Positions 55,064 to 63,100 of a stretch of 64,000 bases of DNA are shown in pieces. The stretch is from Patescibacteria group bacterium. GTDB taxonomy: Bacteria > Patescibacteriota > Patescibacteriia > Patescibacteriales > WJLG01. The stretch lies in the NCBI GenBank assembly GCA_041652555.1, contig JBAZHE010000003.1:4096-68095 (forward strand), written 5' to 3'. The position numbers were made by a program, and so were the translations under genes. Below the pieces are notes generated by a model. That model worked only from the letters and a program-made list of their open reading frames with translations, made no database searches and was not told the DNA's origin. Every line of letters begins with the position of its first letter. Within the stretch, counting starts at the first letter, position 1.

Positions 55064-55269
55064 CTCGTGCGGATTATTGGAATCAACAGATAGCATTTGA
55101 CTGCCCAATTACAAAGAAGCGACATACTTTAAATGATTGCTTTCATAGATGTCAAGAGAATGGTTTTGAATATTTAGAATCTAATAAAAGGGTAGAGGCA
55201 TTTTTATATTGTTGTTTAGATTCGCAAGAAAGGTTTTTACATGACGGAAAGGTTAGGAGAGATCTTTGA
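55060..55269 (+). CDS. hypothetical protein (69 aa)
   Basis: ORF track trimmed to ATG 55060 (ATGA overlap). Confidence 0.45.
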   Translation: MTRADYWNQQIAFDCPITKKRHTLNDCFHRCQENGFEYLESNKRVEAFLYCCLDSQERFLHDGKVRRDL

Positions 55270-55332
55270 ACTGTAAGATAATATCTAATAGTTGGGTTAT
55301 CACCACAGTGTGATAATCAGAAGAATATATTA

Positions 55333-55605
55333 GTGATAATAATGCTAGACAAATATAAACGCTACCACATCGGACGTATAATCCGCGCGACCAATAATCT
55401 ATTTAAAGAGCCAGATTCCATCTGCCATAAGTGTCACAACGTGGAAGGCGATTTAAATTGTTTCTTTTGTTTTTGTCCGCTATACGAAGAATATGAGTGT
55501 GGTGGCGATTATGTTATTCTGAATAACGGGTTGAAGGATTGTTCGGGTTGTTTGAGACCACACATGAAGGAGTTTATTGAGGAGCAACTTTTAAAAATAA
55601 TGTAA
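55333..55605 (+). CDS. cysteine-rich small domain protein (archaeal zf-like); start 55333 (GTG) or 55342 (ATG)
   Basis: CHKCH...CFFCFCPLY...CGG...CSGCLRPH matches my recollection of the Cys-rich small domain common in methanogens. Confidence 0.55.
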   Translation: MIIMLDKYKRYHIGRIIRATNNLFKEPDSICHKCHNVEGDLNCFFCFCPLYEEYECGGDYVILNNGLKDCSGCLRPHMKEFIEEQLLKIM

Positions 55606-55652
55606 TGTTGGAAAAGTATATATACTTTAAAAACAATAATGTATGTGTTGGA

Positions 55653-55725
55653 GTTCGCATAGCACAATTGGTAGTGCGTCGGGATTGCAATCCGAAGGTT
55701 GGGGGTTCAACTCCCCCTGCGAACT
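55653..55725 (+). tRNA. tRNA-Ala(UGC)-type (anticodon call only; no G3-U70)
   Basis: Acceptor GTTCGCA/TGCGAAC, D arm GCAC-AATTGGTA-GTGC, anticodon arm TCGGG-ATTGCAA-TCCGA, T arm GGGGG-TTCAACT-CCCCC; flanks extend the acceptor helix by 3 bp (gga/tcc). Confidence 0.8.
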
Positions 55726-55766
55726 CCTTCATCTTGTGTTCCGCATACACATGAAACCTGCGGTGG

Positions 55767-55815
55767 AGTTCGCAATAAAATTGGGCATCTCGCGGTTCAT
55801 ATCCGTGTGATGCTC
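55767..55815 (+). pseudogene. decayed tRNA copy / tRNA-like hairpin
   Basis: Repeats tggagttcgca (also at 55649-55659), then AAAATTGGG (D-loop-like) and the stem-loop GGGCATC-t-CGCGG-TTCATAT-CCGTG-t-GATGCTC; no anticodon arm. Confidence 0.3.
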
Positions 55816-55874
55816 TTATCAAGTGCACGAAAATAGATAAAATCGTGCATTATAATGTTTGGAGTGCACGAAAC

Positions 55875-55883
55875 TTTTAAATA
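55875..55883 (+). promoter_or_regulatory. BRE/TATA-like box for leaderless gene at 55907
   Basis: cgaaac-ttttaaata, ATG 24 nt after box; flanked by direct repeat agtgcacgaaa (about 55812 and 55863). Confidence 0.5.
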
Positions 55884-55906
55884 CTATAAAATAGAATTAA
55901 CAGAGA

Positions 55907-56527
55907 ATGTTACCAAAAACTTTATATATAACAATTTTAGTAATCACGATTTTCGCCGCCGGTTGCACCTCCGTTCAACCAACCGTAGTAGAAAATGTGC
56001 CTACTCCGGTTGCGGTCACACAGACATACGTGACCATTACAGATACACCAACCGAAATACCGGGCCCTGCACCCACGAATGATATGGGCGCGTGCTTCAA
56101 CCGATCAGACTCGGTGTATCCGGATTATTGTTACGACTACTATTATTGGGTCAAACCAACAACTACACCCGTGGGTATGGGATATACTGCTAAAGTGTGG
56201 CAAAATTCGTCGTGCGTTTATAGGAACCGGACGAGTGATGAATGCGAAATGTGGGGGGATGATTCTTGGACGGCGATCTTCATGAAAAATCTGACGGTGG
56301 TTAGGAATATTAGTGGAATTAACATTACAGAGGTCGTTGCAGCCGCGTCTTACTACAATGATACGTGGGGGTTGAACGTGGTGAATGGAGCCGACTTTAA
56401 TAGTTTTGTAAAGGCATACTGGAATGGAATTTACCCCGATGTGAAATATGATAAAAGTTTATTTGCGCCGGATAAGAATGTTAGCGTGGTTGTAACAAAT
56501 GCGACCTTCAATCCTGCTGCGTTTTAG
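55907..56527 (+). CDS. putative lipoprotein (206 aa)
   Basis: Signal + lipobox ITIFAAGC; Thr/Pro linker; N-x-S/T sequons. Confidence 0.6.
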   Translation: MLPKTLYITILVITIFAAGCTSVQPTVVENVPTPVAVTQTYVTITDTPTEIPGPAPTNDMGACFNRSDSVYPDYCYDYYYWVKPTTTPVGMGYTAKVWQNSSCVYRNRTSDECEMWGDDSWTAIFMKNLTVVRNISGINITEVVAAASYYNDTWGLNVVNGADFNSFVKAYWNGIYPDVKYDKSLFAPDKNVSVVVTNATFNPAAF

Positions 56528-56710
56528 AAACGGAATAAATGGGATTTTAGATATTTTTTGTTATTTTTATATAGAAACATTTATATACTATCAATTACAA
56601 TATTGTAACACACTTTGATAAAGTGATTTTGTAATGCAATGTGATGTGATGTGTTGTCATGTTCTGTATTGTTTTGTGATGTAATGTTATCTGGCGTATT
56701 GTAATGTTTT

Positions 56711-58243
56711 CTACTGTATGGATCGAGTGAGATTTAATATCTCACTCTCATTTTTACGTTCGTACAGACTCCATGCTCCGGAAAAAACTTCTGTATATTC
56801 GTCATTTACCCTTTTTACAATATTTTTCTTCTCGATGGAATCTAATCCAAACCAACCATCCGCTTTCCCCAAAGGTCCATCTGCGAGGATATATCTATTA
56901 GAATAGTTCATAATACACATATATTCTTCTTTGTATGCCGGCAACGTACTTACAATTGTTCGGTTTGGATTCATTCTCTGTATAACTAATGGTGCGACGT
57001 AGCGGCAACTACTATTCGTAGAAAAATAGTACGGAGCCGATCCCGTATCGAGATACAAAAGTGTATTTTCTTTAGATAAATTAAACTTTATTTCAATTGC
57101 ATTTGCATTTTCATTGAAATAATTGTTCATCTTCAACTCCTGAACGCCGTAATTTTGTTCTAGACCCCAGATTGGTTGTGGACTATAAAGAATGCACCAC
57201 ATTGCGAATAGAACGAGGATTGATGCGGATACAACATTTTCGCGCTTAATTTTTTTAGTTATCCCTCTTTCCCTTGGTGTGTCTATCTCGTAAAGCACAA
57301 TACCGACGATGGCAGGGAGAAGAAAAACGTAATACTGGTACGCAAAACTCTCGCTTTGATAAAAAACCACAAATAACGGGGCTAAAAATGAAATTACAAA
57401 CCATTTTGCGCGCGGATCGCGAATATGATTTTTTAACCACACGCCACTGTATATAATTCCGATGCCAATACAGGGAATATATATACTCATCGAGATTACT
57501 GTTGCAATACCGGTTACTCCGATTTGCCCTATCCAATCATATTCACCCACGTGACTTAAAATTGGAGCCATGAGAATGTCAGGGATAATTTGTGGCCATA
57601 CAAAAATATCTGCCGCGAGGAATGCCAAACCCATTAATATGAAACCAATCACACCACGAATCAAATCTATATGTTTATTAAAAATCAATACGATACACAC
57701 GGCGGAAACTATAAGGCACCCCGTTGTGCCTTTAACCAACAATACCCAAATTAAAAGTGCGCCGGCGATATAGTGCCAAAGATTACTCTTCTCCACGAAG
57801 AGCGCGCATGAAATCATTGCGAAAATAATTGCTAAAAATTCAGCCTGTAAAATATTTAAATTGAGCGCGCAGAACATTCCGAAGAAGCAGAGGAGGAACG
57901 AGTATTTTACCTTTAATATATTTTTTGAAAATAACCACGATGCAAAAATAACTAAAGCGACCGCAACACATTTAATTATCGGTTCCTGTAAGGCGTGATT
58001 TGAGAATGGGACAAAGATATTAGTAAACAACGCAATGAGAAATTCACATATGTGATTCCCAACCGGTTTTATTTCCCAAAAACCGCCGTAAACATTTTGT
58101 GGGAATGATAGGTATTTTATCCCTAATTCCTCAATTCCGTAAAAAATCCGAACGTCATTAGTAAGAGGCGAAAGTATAGAACCAACTGCCACTATTGGAA
58201 ACATTATAAAATATAACAACTTCTCGAAAATCGTAAACGCCAT
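56711..58243 (-). CDS. polytopic membrane protein, candidate GT-C-fold glycosyltransferase (GtrC/ArnT/PMT-like)
   Basis: About 12 hydrophobic helices followed by a roughly 130-aa soluble C-terminal domain; acidic residue in first loop (LTNDVRIFYG); call from architecture only. Confidence 0.4.
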   Translation of the reverse strand: MAFTIFEKLLYFIMFPIVAVGSILSPLTNDVRIFYGIEELGIKYLSFPQNVYGGFWEIKPVGNHICEFLIALFTNIFVPFSNHALQEPIIKCVAVALVIFASWLFSKNILKVKYSFLLCFFGMFCALNLNILQAEFLAIIFAMISCALFVEKSNLWHYIAGALLIWVLLVKGTTGCLIVSAVCIVLIFNKHIDLIRGVIGFILMGLAFLAADIFVWPQIIPDILMAPILSHVGEYDWIGQIGVTGIATVISMSIYIPCIGIGIIYSGVWLKNHIRDPRAKWFVISFLAPLFVVFYQSESFAYQYYVFLLPAIVGIVLYEIDTPRERGITKKIKRENVVSASILVLFAMWCILYSPQPIWGLEQNYGVQELKMNNYFNENANAIEIKFNLSKENTLLYLDTGSAPYYFSTNSSCRYVAPLVIQRMNPNRTIVSTLPAYKEEYMCIMNYSNRYILADGPLGKADGWFGLDSIEKKNIVKRVNDEYTEVFSGAWSLYERKNESEILNLTRSIQ

Positions 58244-58294
58244 TATTTAGTATGTGTTCGGAAAGTATTTATAGGTTTGCGACAATATACTATT

Positions 58295-58663
58295 ATGAAG
58301 ATTTGGAAAGTTGTTTTGGTATTGATAGCAGTGCTACTGTTTTGTGGAGTTGTATCCGCGTGTGATTCTTCATACACAAATTATGGAAATGGGGTATTGT
58401 ATTTTCATAAAGCGTTTGGATATACGCCACAAATTGGATGTAATTATCTAGAAGCAGGTGCAAGTATGTCGCAATATCTTGCAGATCATCCAGAGAAACA
58501 TATTGTATCTATTGTCCCCGATGCATATATTGGATACGGGTTGACCGGTGGATTTTATGTTATTGTAGAAAATAAAAGTGTTGGTAAGATGGATTGCGAA
58601 CCCAATAGTGCATTGGGGGGATTTGGAACCACGGTTTTTAATTATACTTGTATAGAGGAGTAA
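58295..58663 (+). CDS. secreted protein (122 aa)
   Basis: Leaderless ATG 58295 about 25 nt after gaaag-tatttatag; signal peptide VVLVLIAVLLFCGVVSAC. Confidence 0.55.
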   Translation: MKIWKVVLVLIAVLLFCGVVSACDSSYTNYGNGVLYFHKAFGYTPQIGCNYLEAGASMSQYLADHPEKHIVSIVPDAYIGYGLTGGFYVIVENKSVGKMDCEPNSALGGFGTTVFNYTCIEE

Positions 58664-58668
58664 TTAAT

Positions 58669-59022
58669 ATGCCATCCGGAAACGAAACAATATTAGTAAT
58701 ACTGGTGTTATTGATTGGTGGAGCGATTGGTGCATACGCAATTATGTATCAATCAACACCAACATCCACAGCACCAATGAATATAACCATCGTAGAAAAA
58801 TATTCTGTCCATTCGTATCAAGAACAATGTGGTGGCGGCAAAGCAGCAGGTATGAAATGTACTTACACAGACCCACCAAAAATTATCGATGATAAAGGGG
58901 ACTTGTATATAGTGCAGAATGAAGACGACTGGGCTAAAATGCAGATAAACAAAACGTATAATGTGCAATATGCAAGTTATCCAAACGTGCAGAAGGGAAA
59001 GATTGTTGGGATTAATTATTAA
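58669..59022 (+). CDS. membrane-anchored protein (117 aa)
   Basis: ORF track trimmed to ATG 58669 behind GAGGAG RBS; N-terminal TM helix. Confidence 0.5.
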   Translation: MPSGNETILVILVLLIGGAIGAYAIMYQSTPTSTAPMNITIVEKYSVHSYQEQCGGGKAAGMKCTYTDPPKIIDDKGDLYIVQNEDDWAKMQINKTYNVQYASYPNVQKGKIVGINY

Positions 59023-59026
59023 AAAC

Positions 59027-59301
59027 CCCACCGACTTCACCCTAGGCATCCTACTCGCTCTAGTCTTTGCACTAGACATTGCCACAACCCAGAGATTTGC
59101 CTTTCAACCGGAATTGGGTTTGAAGGAAACCCTATAATGCGCGCGGTCGTGGATAATTCGTTGTTGATAATTGCTGCAAAAGGCGTGGCATTAGGTTTAA
59201 CTATTTACATTGTGAATAAGTTTAAAGATCATTTTCCTAGTTGGATCGGTCACTTTGGAATGTCGTGGTTATTGGAATTACTTGGGTGCGGTCATAAATA
59301 A
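59027..59301 (+). pseudogene. small membrane protein gene (DUF5658-like LD..TT...E.NP motif) broken by a frame change
   Basis: Frame A: ..LLALVFALDIATTQRFAFQPELGLKE-TL*; the -1 frame continues NPIMRAVVDNSLLIIAAKGVALGLTIYIV.. to stop 59301; shift at 59126-59130. Confidence 0.35.
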
Positions 59302-59392
59302 TTTGTTGGTGATTTTTTAGGACAAATTGTAAATTGGGTTTCCAATCCGCCCAACCAAAACCTTTATCATCTTTCAAAACGTATATGATAAG

Positions 59393-59614
59393 ATGAATCA
59401 TAAAACAAAAGGAAACGATACTCTCCGCCAACGGTTAAAATTATTTTTAAATAAAATACCTAGTGGGAAAGAAATCGAAACAAATCACTTGGTCATGGAA
59501 CTTTCAAAACTCAATAAGAATTATTCTTTGAATTCAGCGCGCGTAACTAATCTTTTAAAAGAAAACCGAGAAGTCGTTAGATTTATTAGATCTGGGATTT
59601 GGTTGAAACTATAA
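59393..59614 (+). CDS. small basic protein, possible winged-helix DNA binding (73 aa)
   Basis: ORF track; weak. Confidence 0.45.
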   Translation: MNHKTKGNDTLRQRLKLFLNKIPSGKEIETNHLVMELSKLNKNYSLNSARVTNLLKENREVVRFIRSGIWLKL

Positions 59615-59676
59615 AATTTAACCTTCAACCGAAAAGTATAAGTAATTATGAGTTTATATAAAAAGTGGGAATTTAT

Positions 59677-60408
59677 ATGAAGTCAAAATACATTATGATT
59701 TTTATAGCATTGCTTGTTAGTGCTATCTGTATTGCTGGATGTATAAATAATACTCCTACACCAACTGTAGTAACTGTTAAAGAAATCGGGCAACCTGCTC
59801 TACTATATTCATATCCAACTACAATACCCACGGTGCCCACCCCTGCTCCTATAATAAAATCTGTTTCTGGATATTCGTCGCGTGGAACAAGCGAAGTAAT
59901 TATACCCGGGAGTGATAAACATCTTTTTTATCCAAATTCGTGGACTGTAAAAACCATAAGCGGTTCACAAATGAAGTCTGCTACTTCCGATGGGTCAACA
60001 TCTAACCTTCAATTAACAGATGCGATTTATATTATTTCGCCATCAAAATCTACAATAGTAGCAGGAGAAGGTGTGGATATAAGTACAATGATATTTGGAT
60101 CTTCTCAATTTATTTCCATATTAGATAAGGGATATATTACCGATGACGAACTTGACGAAAATTCGCTAATTGATTCTTATGAGAAAGATGGATATACAAA
60201 TGTTCAATTTGATCCAACATATTACAAAATAAATGGAAACCCCGCGCGGTCGATGTCTTTTGATTCTTCGAAGGATAATACACATGTATCTGCGTATATC
60301 ATAGTATCTGATTCGAAAATGGGGTATGTTACTATGATAATTTATAATGCAAATTCTCCCAGTGGAGAAGTAAGTCAAGGGTATCAAATAATTCAATCGT
60401 TTGTATAA
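59677..60408 (+). CDS. putative lipoprotein (243 aa)
   Basis: Signal + lipobox AICIAGC, Thr/Pro linker. Confidence 0.6.
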   Translation: MKSKYIMIFIALLVSAICIAGCINNTPTPTVVTVKEIGQPALLYSYPTTIPTVPTPAPIIKSVSGYSSRGTSEVIIPGSDKHLFYPNSWTVKTISGSQMKSATSDGSTSNLQLTDAIYIISPSKSTIVAGEGVDISTMIFGSSQFISILDKGYITDDELDENSLIDSYEKDGYTNVQFDPTYYKINGNPARSMSFDSSKDNTHVSAYIIVSDSKMGYVTMIIYNANSPSGEVSQGYQIIQSFV

Positions 60409-60473
60409 ATTTATAATTTATCAACATTTTTGTAATAGAAACCTTTAACTACTATAACACACTATACATTTTT

Positions 60474-60938
60474 ATGCGCGTTAAAATTATATTAATCGCA
60501 ACACTTGTTGTTATAAGTGCGTTAGTATGTTCGGTCGGCGCAATGCCCGATCCAAATAAATATGCTCCTGTTGTCATTAATAACGGAGATGGAACCGGCT
60601 CTCTATACATCCAAGCAATGTGTGGGCATACACTAATAACTAAAGATGTTATTATTCAAGAAGTTGTTCTGAAAGATGAAAAATATAATCTGGGAACAAT
60701 GAACGCTCTTATTCAAAAAGATAATCTTAATCTATATAACCCGGTTGGAGAAAATAAAACCATTGAACTAGATGCCAATGGAAAGTATGATGCATTTTTT
60801 AAACCCGGTATATATGCATTAACATTCTTAAATGAACAAGCAGCCGGGAATGAATATGCTATTGCACAAGTTAATGCGAACTACAAAACGCAGATAAACT
60901 TTGCTGGGCATGGAGTTACGAAAGCGGATGAAAATTAA
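60474..60938 (+). CDS. secreted protein (154 aa)
   Basis: Signal peptide IILIATLVVISALVCSVGA. Confidence 0.55.
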   Translation: MRVKIILIATLVVISALVCSVGAMPDPNKYAPVVINNGDGTGSLYIQAMCGHTLITKDVIIQEVVLKDEKYNLGTMNALIQKDNLNLYNPVGENKTIELDANGKYDAFFKPGIYALTFLNEQAAGNEYAIAQVNANYKTQINFAGHGVTKADEN

Positions 60939-61098
60939 AAATTAATTATTATTAACTTTTTTATTACCAAAAGATATAAATATTATTAAAGTTTATTATT
61001 ATATACCGTTGTTGAAACGGGTTTGGTTGGGTAAGGTTTGTTTTGGTGCGGCAATGCCGGGCAAGGTATGTTACGGTTGGGTCGGTTTTGGTAAGGAA

Positions 61099-62205
61099 TT
61101 AAAACTTGGGTGAATTTTCCACCCAAGTTATTCTTCTATTCATCAAAAAATTCCAAATATATCCGATTACTATTCCTATAGCATTTCCTATTAAATAGTT
61201 TATTCCTACGAATGTTAGTGCCACCAAAACAGTAACATTTATTATCATTGATCCAATACAGATTGAATTATAACTAAACATTCTGTGAAGGAATGATTTT
61301 TGGCATTTTGCTCCTTTAAATGTAAAATTATCATTCATTAAAAAATTTGTTATAATACTTATTTCTATCGCTAGGAAACTTGCAAAAACCAAAGGCGTAT
61401 TAAAAACTTCTTTGAACACGGACAAACAAATCATATTTGTTGCCACTCCGATAAGACCAACGATCCCAAATTTTACCATCTTTCTTAATTCTTCTCTTCC
61501 ACGTCCGGGGAACAATGCATTATCAATAAATTGTTTTGCGAATTGAATAATTGTGGATTTCTTTAATTTGCTTTCACCCACTTTTCTGTTTGTGAAAACA
61601 TACGGTAATTCTTTCACTATAGTCCAATGGCATTTTGAAAGAATCTCCAATAAGATTTTATATCCACACCGTGGGTTTAATGAAGGTGTGTGCATTATTA
61701 AATCCTTTTTTGCTCCGAAGAATCCGGAAATTGGATCGGTAATTTTCGGGAAAAGGAGGCGACCGAGGAATGTTGCCCCGAAAGAAATAACACGACGTTT
61801 TAAAGGCCAGTCTTTGATACCACCATTTGGCATATATCTTGACCCAATTGCGATATCTACATTATTGTTTTTTATTTCATTGAACATTGCAGGAATAATT
61901 TCTATTGAGTGCGATAAATCTGCGTCCGTCACTACCACCACGTTTCCGCGCGCTTTATTTATTCCGGCAATAACAGATTGGGAAAGTCCCGGATCTTTTG
62001 TGCGCGTTATTAAAACCACGGGATACTTCCTAATGATAAGATCGGTAACAATAAGTTGTGTCTTATCCGTGGAAGAATCATCGACAACGATTATTTCAAA
62101 AGTTATAGTGGTGAGACGAAGAGTATGAGAAATTTTTTGTATTGTGTTTTGAATGTTTTCTTCTTCGTTGTAAGTGGGGATGATTATAGAAAGAGATGGA
62201 CGCAT
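61099..62205 (-). CDS. polyprenyl-phosphate glycosyltransferase (GT2, Dpm1/GtrB-like) fused to GtrA-like domain
   Basis: LSIIIPTYNEEENI, IIVVDDSSTDKT, VVVTDADLSH; C-terminal four-helix GtrA-type region KFGIVGLIGVATN...NFLMNDNFTF...NFLMNRRITW. Confidence 0.85.
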   Translation of the reverse strand: MRPSLSIIIPTYNEEENIQNTIQKISHTLRLTTITFEIIVVDDSSTDKTQLIVTDLIIRKYPVVLITRTKDPGLSQSVIAGINKARGNVVVVTDADLSHSIEIIPAMFNEIKNNNVDIAIGSRYMPNGGIKDWPLKRRVISFGATFLGRLLFPKITDPISGFFGAKKDLIMHTPSLNPRCGYKILLEILSKCHWTIVKELPYVFTNRKVGESKLKKSTIIQFAKQFIDNALFPGRGREELRKMVKFGIVGLIGVATNMICLSVFKEVFNTPLVFASFLAIEISIITNFLMNDNFTFKGAKCQKSFLHRMFSYNSICIGSMIINVTVLVALTFVGINYLIGNAIGIVIGYIWNFLMNRRITWVENSPKF

Positions 62206-62274
62206 GATATATAAAGGTTATTAAGATGTAGTATAAAATAGTTTCGTCTGGAAATTTATAAAACAGATTGGTGG

Positions 62275-62457
62275 TTATCTTCGTGTTGCGCGGCGAGATC
62301 CTCTTATAGTTTTTGTTAAATGCCCCGACCTTCCTCCAAAACCGTGTTTGCTTCTTTTTTGAATAGAAACTAATTGTGATTTACCTATCTTCCCGGTTTT
62401 GTTGAATGCTCTTGTATTTATTCTTTCAACCTTTATATTTTTGCCTTTTGTCGTCAA
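62275..62457 (-). CDS. very basic small protein (60 aa), TTG start
   Basis: ORF track; AGGTGA RBS 7-8 nt upstream of TTG; Lys/Arg-rich. Confidence 0.45.
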   Translation of the reverse strand: MTTKGKNIKVERINTRAFNKTGKIGKSQLVSIQKRSKHGFGGRSGHLTKTIRGSRRATRR

Positions 62458-62863
62458 GATGTTTCACCTTTATTATTTTATTATAATGACATTATCATAT
62501 TTAAACCTTTCTATTCATTTAGTATACTTTGAATTAGTCTAATTTGGATTAGACTAATTAAAAATACGGTGAAGAATAAGTTTTAAATACTTATAAGTCA
62601 TACAATAGTATAGCCAAGAGTTACAAAATCAATACGAATGTGAGGTCAGCGAATTTTCGAAACCTCCAACATTCTTATGGTTAGAACTTTTGAGCTAATG
62701 TACAGAAGTCCGACTAATCATCTCTCATGCTTTGCTTTCCGCACAGGAATAAGTTTGGCGGATACTTACCAACAACCGCCATAAAACAATCGTCTAATAT
62801 TGACATTTGTGAAAATAGTTTGTGTAAAAGACCGGCGCAATAAAATAATGCGCCGGTCAAAAT

Positions 62864-62920
62864 GCAACCAAGATAACCCCTCGTGGCAGATCGTTGCGGG
62901 TTCAACACCCGCTGGTTGCT
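62864..62920 (+). other. 57-nt tRNA-like element (acceptor stem + canonical T arm, no D/anticodon arms)
   Basis: GCAACCA-[25 nt]-GCGGG-TTCAACA-CCCGC-TGGTTGC-t. Confidence 0.35.
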
Positions 62921-62977
62921 TTTGGTTAAAACAATGGAGTGTACAAAGACTCTCGTTTTGGCCAGAATATATTTTTC

Positions 62978-63054
62978 GGGCCTGTAGCTCAGTCCGGTTA
63001 GAGCGCCCGGCTCATAACCGGGAGATTTCATCGGTTCAAATCCGATCTGGCCCA
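62978..63054 (+). tRNA. tRNA with CAU anticodon (Met or Ile2)
   Basis: GGGCCTG-TA-GCTC-AGTCCGGTTA-GAGC-G-CCCGG-CTCATAA-CCGGG-AGATTTC-ATCGG-TTCAAAT-CCGAT-CTGGCCC-A; one U-U mismatch in the acceptor, 7-nt variable loop. Confidence 0.75.
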
Positions 63055-63065
63055 CTAATCGAAAC

Positions 63066-63073
63066 ATATATAA
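63066..63073 (+). promoter_or_regulatory. TATA-like box for leaderless gene at 63101
   Basis: gaaac-atatataa, ATG 28 nt after box, no RBS. Confidence 0.45.
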
Positions 63074-63100
63074 CTCATCACAACCAATACGTATATAGAT

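Noticed and set aside
55783-55815. Independent functional tRNA or split-tRNA half
   Set aside because: Only an interrupted hairpin is present. The heptaloop TTCATAT lacks the conserved A58, there is no anticodon arm, and the flanking acceptor strands do not match the repeated 5' segment.
62275-62457. Ribosomal protein L34 homolog (KRSKHGF..R...RR resemblance)
   Set aside because: The similarity is limited to HGF plus basic residues, and the spacing is off by one. L34 is bacterial, while the promoter grammar here is archaeal. Treated as an unassigned basic protein.
62978-63054. tRNA(CAU) as a provirus-host junction (att site)
   Set aside because: The gene downstream (63101 onward) has the same leaderless TATA promoter style and AT-rich composition as the rest. 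No direct repeat of the tRNA 3' end was seen elsewhere in the window. Integration cannot be excluded without the full contig.
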